NCBI GenBank assembly: GCA_004431415.1
Contig: QPMI01000046.1
Span: 62,001-126,000 of the forward strand
Origin: Cyanophora paradoxa CCMP329
Lineage: Eukaryota; Plantae; Glaucophyta
Direction of reading: 5' to 3'
DNA: 64,000 nucleotides
The notes below the pieces were generated by a model. That model had not been told where the DNA came from, ran no database searches, and saw only the letters and a program-made list of their open reading frames with translations. This document shows, piece after piece, positions 57,601-64,000 of this stretch (positions are counted from its first letter, which is position 1; each line of letters starts with the position of its first letter). A program made the translations under genes and the position numbers.

Positions 57601-60600
57601 CGCCGCCTCCCGCCGCTCGCGCTCCCGCTGCCGGCGCGGCGCGGCGCGTCAGCGGCGCCGGCCTGCGGCTCCGGCGGCGGCGCCTGCGGACCTCGCGGTA
57701 GCGCTCTTCGAGGGCGCGGTCGGCGCGGTCGCGGTCGCTCAGGGCGCTGATGGGCGACGCGAAGCCCGAGCGGGCGCCCCCGCGGCGCCGCTCCTCCTCC
57801 TCGTCCTCGCTGCTGTCGCCCCCGCCGAAGAGGCCGGTGAAGAAGCCGCGGAAGCCCGGCTGCTGCAGCTGCTGCTCGGGGCGCGGCGAGCGGGCCCCGC
57901 GCAGCTCCAGCGGCTCCGGGTCCACCAGCTGCCCGCTCTGCGCACGCGCCGGCGCCGCGTCGTCGGCCCGGCCGGCGGGGCGGACGCGGGGCGGGGGCGC
58001 ACGGCGGGGCCGTGCGGGTGGTGGATTGGGGCCGGCGCGAGGCCGGTCGCCATGGAGGCGGCGAGCTTGGCCGCCAGGTCCGTCGCCCGCTGCGCCCCGC
58101 CCCGTCAGAGCGTGGCGGGCCGAAGGTGCGAGCGGGGCGGGGGGCGCCTGGTGGAACGAGGGGTCGTCCAGGGGCGTGAAGCCGTAGCAGAGGGAGCTGG
58201 AGAGGAGGGCCTTGGTCTCGGCGTCCGGCGGGGGCACCTGCAGCCGGCCGGCGCCGGCGCAGCACCCGCGCGTCAGCCTCGAGAAGCCTCGGGGGCGGCT
58301 CGGCGTGGAGGGCGGGGGCGGGGGCGGGCCTGCTCGCGGAGGGCGAAGAAGACGGGGATGTCGCGGATGAGGGCGATCTCGAGGTCGCGCCGGCACGCCG
58401 CCGAGCGCAGCGACGGGCCCGACACCACGAAGACCATCCCCCGCGCCGACTTGATCCGCTGCCGCCGGCGTCAGAGGGGCCCAGGGGGGCGGGGCGGGGC
58501 GGGGCGGGGCGGGGCGGGCCTGCTCGACGTCGGCCTTCTCGCGGCCGCGGGGCTCGCGGACCTCGTCGAGCCAGCAGGGGACCTTCCGCGCGAGCAGCGC
58601 GTCCCGCAGCCGCACCGCGAAGTCACGCAGCTCCGGCGGGTGCGCCGGCGCCACCACCACCGCCTGCTCCCCCCGCTCGGGCCGGCGCGTGGGAGGGGGA
58701 GGGCGGCCGCGCGGGCGCGCGGAAGGGCACCTCGCCGACGGGCTTGAGGGCGGGGCCGAGGCCCTCGGCGACGGCGCCCGGGCCGGCGCCAGCGAGCGCC
58801 CGCTGTACGCCCCCTCGTCGCGCCCGTCCAGCGCGAACTTGCTGCGCCGGCGTCGGCCCCGGCCCCTCGGGCCCCGCCCCCGCGCGGGTGCACCGGAAGG
58901 ACTCCTTGTTGGCGTCGCGGGCGGCGGCCTGCTCGCGGGCGAGGCGCAGCTGCTCGCGCTCCCGCTCCAGGCGCTCCGCGGCGAGCGCCGCCTCCTCCTC
59001 CAGCCGCTGCTCCTCGACCGGCGGCAGCGCGGAGCGCCCGAAGCTGGCGCGCGGGCGCGCCGGGGACTGCTCGGGCGCGGGGCGAGCCCGCTGAAGAGGC
59101 CGTCGCGGGGGTCCGCGAGGTCCACGGGGGCCTTCCCGTCCCGGTTCCGCACCGTCACGCTGCCCCGCCCCCGCCCCCGCCCGCGTCAGCCGGCCCCGCC
59201 CGCCTCGCGGCGCCGGCGCGAGGCGCACGAGGCGCCGGCGTCGAGGAGGAGCTTGACGACGTGGTTCTGGCGGAACTGCACGGCGCTGTGCAGCGGCGTG
59301 TTCCCCTGCAGGTCCTGCGCGTTCACCTCCGCGTTCCGCGCCACCAGCTGCGCCCCATCAGACTCGGCGCGGGGCGGGGCGGGGCGGGGCGGGGGGGCGG
59401 GCCTTCTGGACGATGGCGGGGTGTCCGGCCTTGGCGGCGTAGTGGAGCGGGGACTGCCCCGTGCGCTCGTTGGCGTGGCAGAGCGACTCGTGGTCGAGGC
59501 GGTCGATGAGGAACGAGGCGATCTCGCCGTGGCCCATCCGGATCGCCACGTCCAGCGCCGTGTCCGTCGCCGCGTCCTGCGCGCGGAAGCTTAGCACGCC
59601 CGCCCGCGGCTGGGCCGAGGGGCTTCCGGGGCGGCCGGCCGGCCCGACGGACCTCGCGGGAGAGGACGCAGCCGAGGTCGGCGAGGCCGCGGACGAGCTC
59701 GAGCGAGCCCGTGCGGACCGCCAGGTGCAGCAGCGGGTTCCCGTCCAGGTCCATCACCCCCGCCTGCCCCGAGGAGGCCGCGTGGGCCGGGGAGGGGGGG
59801 TGGGGGAAGGGAAGGAGAGGGGGGTACGCGCCTTCATGGAGACGAGGGCGGGGAGGGCGCCGGGGAAGCCGACGTCGGCGACGTCCTGCAGGAAGCGGAC
59901 CATGCCCTCCGACGAGAGGCGCGCGCCGCGGCGCACGTCCCGCAGCACCGCGTGCAGCTGCAGCAGCGCCTCCAACTCCCACGCCAGGCCCTCCAGCGTC
60001 GCCCCCCGCGGCCCGGCCGGCGGCGGCGCGATGGCGCCCGTCGCCCCGGGGCCGCCGTAGCCGCGGCCGGCGGTGCGCGGGTTGGGCGGGATCAGGTCCA
60101 GCTTGACGCAGGCCGTGTTGGTCCGCAGCGCGTCGACGACGGCGCGGACCGCCTTGCGGCCGAAGGCGTTCCCGCGCAGCATCAGCGCGTTGATCGCCTG
60201 GTTGGCACGAAGCATCTCCGCCAGCGCCCGCGTCCCTGCCCGGCGGCTCGGCTCGGCGGGGGCGGGGCGGCGGGGGCGGCGGCGGCGCACCGCTCGGGCC
60301 CTTGGCGCCGATGAAGTTGTAGGACATGTCGAGGATGGTCAGCGTCGTGTTGGTGCGCAGGGCGTCTGCGATCACGCGCGTCTCCTCGTCGTGGATCTGC
60401 CGGCGCGGTCGGCGGCGGCGGCCGAGGCGGCGGGGCGGGCCAGCGCACCGGCGCCGGGCCGTCGTACTCCTCGCGGTCCATCGCGAGCCACTCCGACTCG
60501 GCCAGGGCGAGCTCGCTCTTGTGCCCGCCCTGCTTCCAGTCGCGCAGGCCGAACGACGACGACTGCCGGAGCCTCAGCGGTGCGGCGCAAGGTCAGCGGC

Positions 60601-61357
60601 GGGGGTCTGTCGGACCAGGTTCAGAGAGGTGATCGAACGGTTGTTGCGCAGCACGTCGGCGAGCGCGGAGGCGGCGGTGAAGCAGCTGCGCGGAGGGCGC
60701 GAGGACACGTAAAGGAAAGAAAAGGAAGTGGTTGCGGGAAGAGGTCGCACATGCAGTTGCTCGACAGGTCGAGCACCTGGAGCGTCGAGTTCATCTGCAT
60801 GCCGCGGGCGAACTCCAGGACCTGCCAGCCCGCGGGGTCGGCTGCGCACGGAGCTTCGAACACGCGGGTCGGAGGGCTCACGGGCTTGTCGTAGAGCAGG
60901 TTGGGCTGTTCGTGGAGCTTCACATAGAATTCGTTTTCGATGGGGCGACCGTCGGGACCCGCGTCGGGCTGCTTGGCTTGAAGCTCAGGCTGCTTGAAGA
61001 TTAGCTGGGGCGGCGAGGGTGAGGCCGCGACTCTCACCATGCCGAATGCGCCCGAAAGATCGAGGAGCTTCACATTTCTGTTCGCCGAAAGAGCTGAGGG
61101 GCGGGGCCGTTAGCCGGCGGTCAGGGCCAAGCAGGCGGGCCGCTCGAACCTGCGCCGAGGCGCTTCCCAATCTCCGGGTCGCAGCTGCCGCGGGCGAGGC
61201 GGAGCGACTGGAGCGGCCCGTTTCGGGCGAGGTCCTCGGCGAGGCGGAGAAGTGCGTTTCTGTCGGGCGGCGACCGAGACAGGTCTAGCTCTGTCGGCTG
61301 CTCGAGGCCGATGGTCTGCGGGACCCCGCTGGCCCCGCCATACCACGCCGGCGGCAT
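54697..61357 (-). CDS. Multi-exon LRR (RNI-like), ankyrin, coiled-coil, TIR-like, Pro-rich, C2, OCRE-like protein
   Basis: LRR: NSTLQVLDLSSN, NTTLTILDMSYNFIG. ANK: GNPLLHLAV, GQSPLHYAA, GNTPLHSAV. TIR-like: FAVRLRDAL...CWLD...IKSARGMVFVVS...SAACRRDL. C2: DLNGKSDPFV...VFDKDLIGKDYLG. OCRE-like: YHWDAAVGKWYYFDP. Apparent frameshifts near 56.7-57 kb mean it could be two genes. Confidence 0.75.
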
Positions 61358-61447
61358 CGCTGAGCCGAGAGGCGTCGAATCAAGTGGCGTACCCCAAAAC
61401 CGAGTGACCAAGCCACAGCGAATACAGCCCGCGGCCTGAGCGAATAC
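61358..61447. promoter_or_regulatory. Putative compact bidirectional promoter
   Basis: Only 90 bp between divergent ATGs at 61357 (-) and 61448 (+). Confidence 0.5.
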
Positions 61448-63430
61448 ATGGACGCAACCGAGACCGCAACCGCGCTCGCTCGGCGGGCGCTCGAGCTCGA
61501 AGACTCCGACCCCGCCGAGGCGTCCGCTCTCTACGCGCAGGCGTCCTCGTACGCCGTGCGTGCCGCGGGTATGGAGCCTTCGCAGGATTGTCAGGCGCTC
61601 CTCGCCATCGCCAGCGACTCGTTCCGCGCACGCTCGGGCGTCGTCCGCGAGCGCGCCGCCGCCGCCGCCAGCCCGCAGCCGCAGGACGGCGCCCTATCGG
61701 GTCGCCCACAGGCACCCGCACAGCAGCCCCTGAGCGCCGAGCTGCCGCCTCTGAGCGGGGAAGAGGCCGAGGTGCGCTCCACTCTCTCTTTGCGCGCGCA
61801 TTTCGCACGATTGATGCTCACGACGTCGCAGATGGCCGAGGGGCTGCTCGCGAGCGTCCTCGAGCGGTCGGCAGAGCGCTCGCTCGAGGAGCGCCGCCCT
61901 CTCTTCTCGATCGCCCTCGCCCACGCGTGCGCGTCGCAGACGCCCGACGACGCGCTGGGGGGACGTCGCCGGCGCCTCCGAGGCGAAGGCGGCCCTGCAC
62001 GAGAGCGTCATCCTCCCCGCGCTCATGCGTGCGCCCTCGCTTCTTAATTTTCGCCGCCCGCTTCTCATTCGATGTCCTCCGCCTCTCTGACGGACGCATC
62101 GCCGGCCCCCGGCGGCCGCAGCGCACCTCTTCCGCGGCGTCCGCCAGCCGTGGCTCGGCGTGCTGATGCACGGGCCGCCGGGCACCGGCAAGACGCAGCT
62201 CGCGCGGTGCGGCGCGCCCCCTCGCCGCCGCCTCTGCGCCCGCGGAGGAGTGGCCCCGCGCAGGGCGACGGCCGCCGAGTCCGGCGCCTCCTTCTTCGCG
62301 ATCGGGCCCTCCGTTCTCATGTCCAAGTGGTGCGGAATCGCACCTCTCTTTAAGGCTTCCCGGCGCCCGAGGCCGACCTCCCCCGCGCGCAGGGCGGGGC
62401 AGAGCGAGCGGTGCGCCCCGAGCGGCTGCTCGCCGCTCAGCCTCCTCCACCGCCGCGCGCGCGCGCTCGCGCAGGCTCGTGCGGCTGCTGTTCCGCCTGG
62501 CGCGGGAGGAGGCCCCCTGCGTCGTCTTCTTCGACGCGCGCCCGCCCGCCCGCCGCGGGGCCGCGCAGCCTCCGTTCGAGGAGGGGCTGAGAGCGCGCGC
62601 CCGGCGCAGGAGGTGGACGCGCTGACGGGCTCGCGGGGCCGCGGGGGCGACGGCGACGGGGCCGGGGGCCGGCGCGTGCTCACCGAGCTCCTCATCCAGG
62701 CGCCCTCCCCCCGCCCGCTCGCTCGCTCCTCGAGTGCGCGCTACTCGCCTGCGCCTCAGATGTCGGGGCTGCGGCCGGAGGAGCGGGTGACGATCCTGGG
62801 GCCACGAACCGCCTCGAGGACATCGACCCGCCATCCTCCGGTCCGCCCCGCCCCCGCCCCCTCCCCAGCCCCGCGATCGCCTGATCCCCCCCCCCCCCCC
62901 CCCCCCCGTCCTCCCGGTTTTCCCCGCCCCCGTCGAAGGCGCTTCGAGCGGCGAGTCCTTGTACCCCTCCCGGACCTTTCCGCCCGCGAGGCCATCGTCC
63001 GGCGGTGCGCATACCCCTCCGCTCTGTGCAGCCACCTATCCCGTCACACTACCGCTCGTACCCTTCCGCAGGCTCCTGGCCGACCTGCCCTGCGACCCTG
63101 CGTTCGACGCGCGGTGCGGGCGGAGTATCATTTTTCAGGACCTGTGCCCCATTTTTCTGAATTTCATAGGTTTGTTGATCTTGTTGCCGTTGGGCAGGGC
63201 GCTGGCGACGGCAACCGACGGGTATTCTGGTGCTGGTGCTGCCCTCGGAGCCCCCGTGCTTTCTCCCGCTCCAGCAGTCTAACTTGAGCTTGCAATTGTG
63301 CCCTTCGCGCTCAGATTTGGAGTGCCTCGTCCGGGTACGTATACGTGATCTCTTCATTGCGAGCAACCCGGTGCCTCTTCAGCGTGTGAATCCGATGTGG
63401 TACCCGTGCAGGACGCTGTGATGGTTCGTC
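61448..63430 (+). CDS. MIT-domain AAA+ ATPase of the VPS4/katanin/spastin/fidgetin clade (many small exons; 3' end uncertain)
   Basis: MIT-like N-terminus; AKAALHESVILP; Walker A HGPPGTGKT; pore loop LMSKW-GQSE; Walker B VVFFD|EVD; TELLIQM; RFERRVLVPLPD; TDGYSG. Confidence 0.9.
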
Positions 63431-64000
63431 TGCCGAGCCGCATCCCTATGCCTGTCTGTACCCCCGGGCTTTGCTTCACCGTGCACGTAACCCTCCCTGC
63501 AGGAGCCCGTCCGCGAGCTCTCGGCTGCCTTTGCTGGTGCCAGTACCGTTGCGGGGGTATCGCATTCGGCGGCCGAGCCCCGCCCGACCCGTGCTGCCGA
63601 CTTCGAGGTCCCCCCCCCCCCCCCCCCCCCCCCGACCCCCCCCGCTCCCCTTCCAATTCTTTCCTACACCCTTAAGCTTACCCACCCCGCGCCGGCTGTG
63701 TGTGCGCACGCAGGCCGCACTGAGGCGAATCAAGCCAGCAGCGCATGCGCAGGCCGCAGCGTGACATTCATGTACGGGTGCATGTGTAAAACACTGTATT
63801 GGGACTGTTAACGTTGTCGCGGGCGAATTCGAAATCTGATATAATTAGGCGGCTGCCAGGCCTAGCTATATAGGCTGCAGCCTTTGTTGCCTTAGTAGTT
63901 AGACTGGGCCATTGGCCAATCATTCATGCTGAGACGGGCTGACGTCGTTGCGTAGCTAGTACTTAGTAGCGGGTTGGGTCAGTACCCCCCCGTTGTTCAG

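Overview
GC-rich microbial-eukaryote genomic DNA with many short (about 55-100 nt) spliceosomal introns; the species cannot be determined from this window. (1) A giant minus-strand gene runs from an ATG at 42849 (signal peptide) off the left edge. It encodes an ectodomain with FN3-like, REJ-like and degenerate GAIN/GPS-like parts, one transmembrane helix (~19512-19580), then at least 18 tandem 1.06-1.19 kb units of three FN3-like modules each. All units but the first carry a phase-2 intron at the same site. (2) One exon of this gene is split by a ~13.7 kb insertion (26262-40004). Removing it and leaving GGG restores the frame (NQSP|WPNSF). The insert has G-rich tandem repeats at both ends, no terminal inverted repeats and no recognisable mobilase. 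Its cargo includes F-box, RING and PD-(D/E)XK-like genes and a patchwork of scrambled giant-virus-like fragments, including 26 codons resembling an NCLDV major capsid protein. (3) 43-54.6 kb is a nest of transposon remnants: two Helentron/proto-Helentron-like elements, a CACTA-like end and a large palindrome, with abundant micro-palindromes. (4) A minus-strand LRR-ankyrin-TIR-C2-OCRE gene (54697-61357) lies head-to-head, 90 bp apart, with an MIT-AAA ATPase gene (61448-~63430); both use GC-AG introns. All domain calls are by-eye motif recognition, not database searches.
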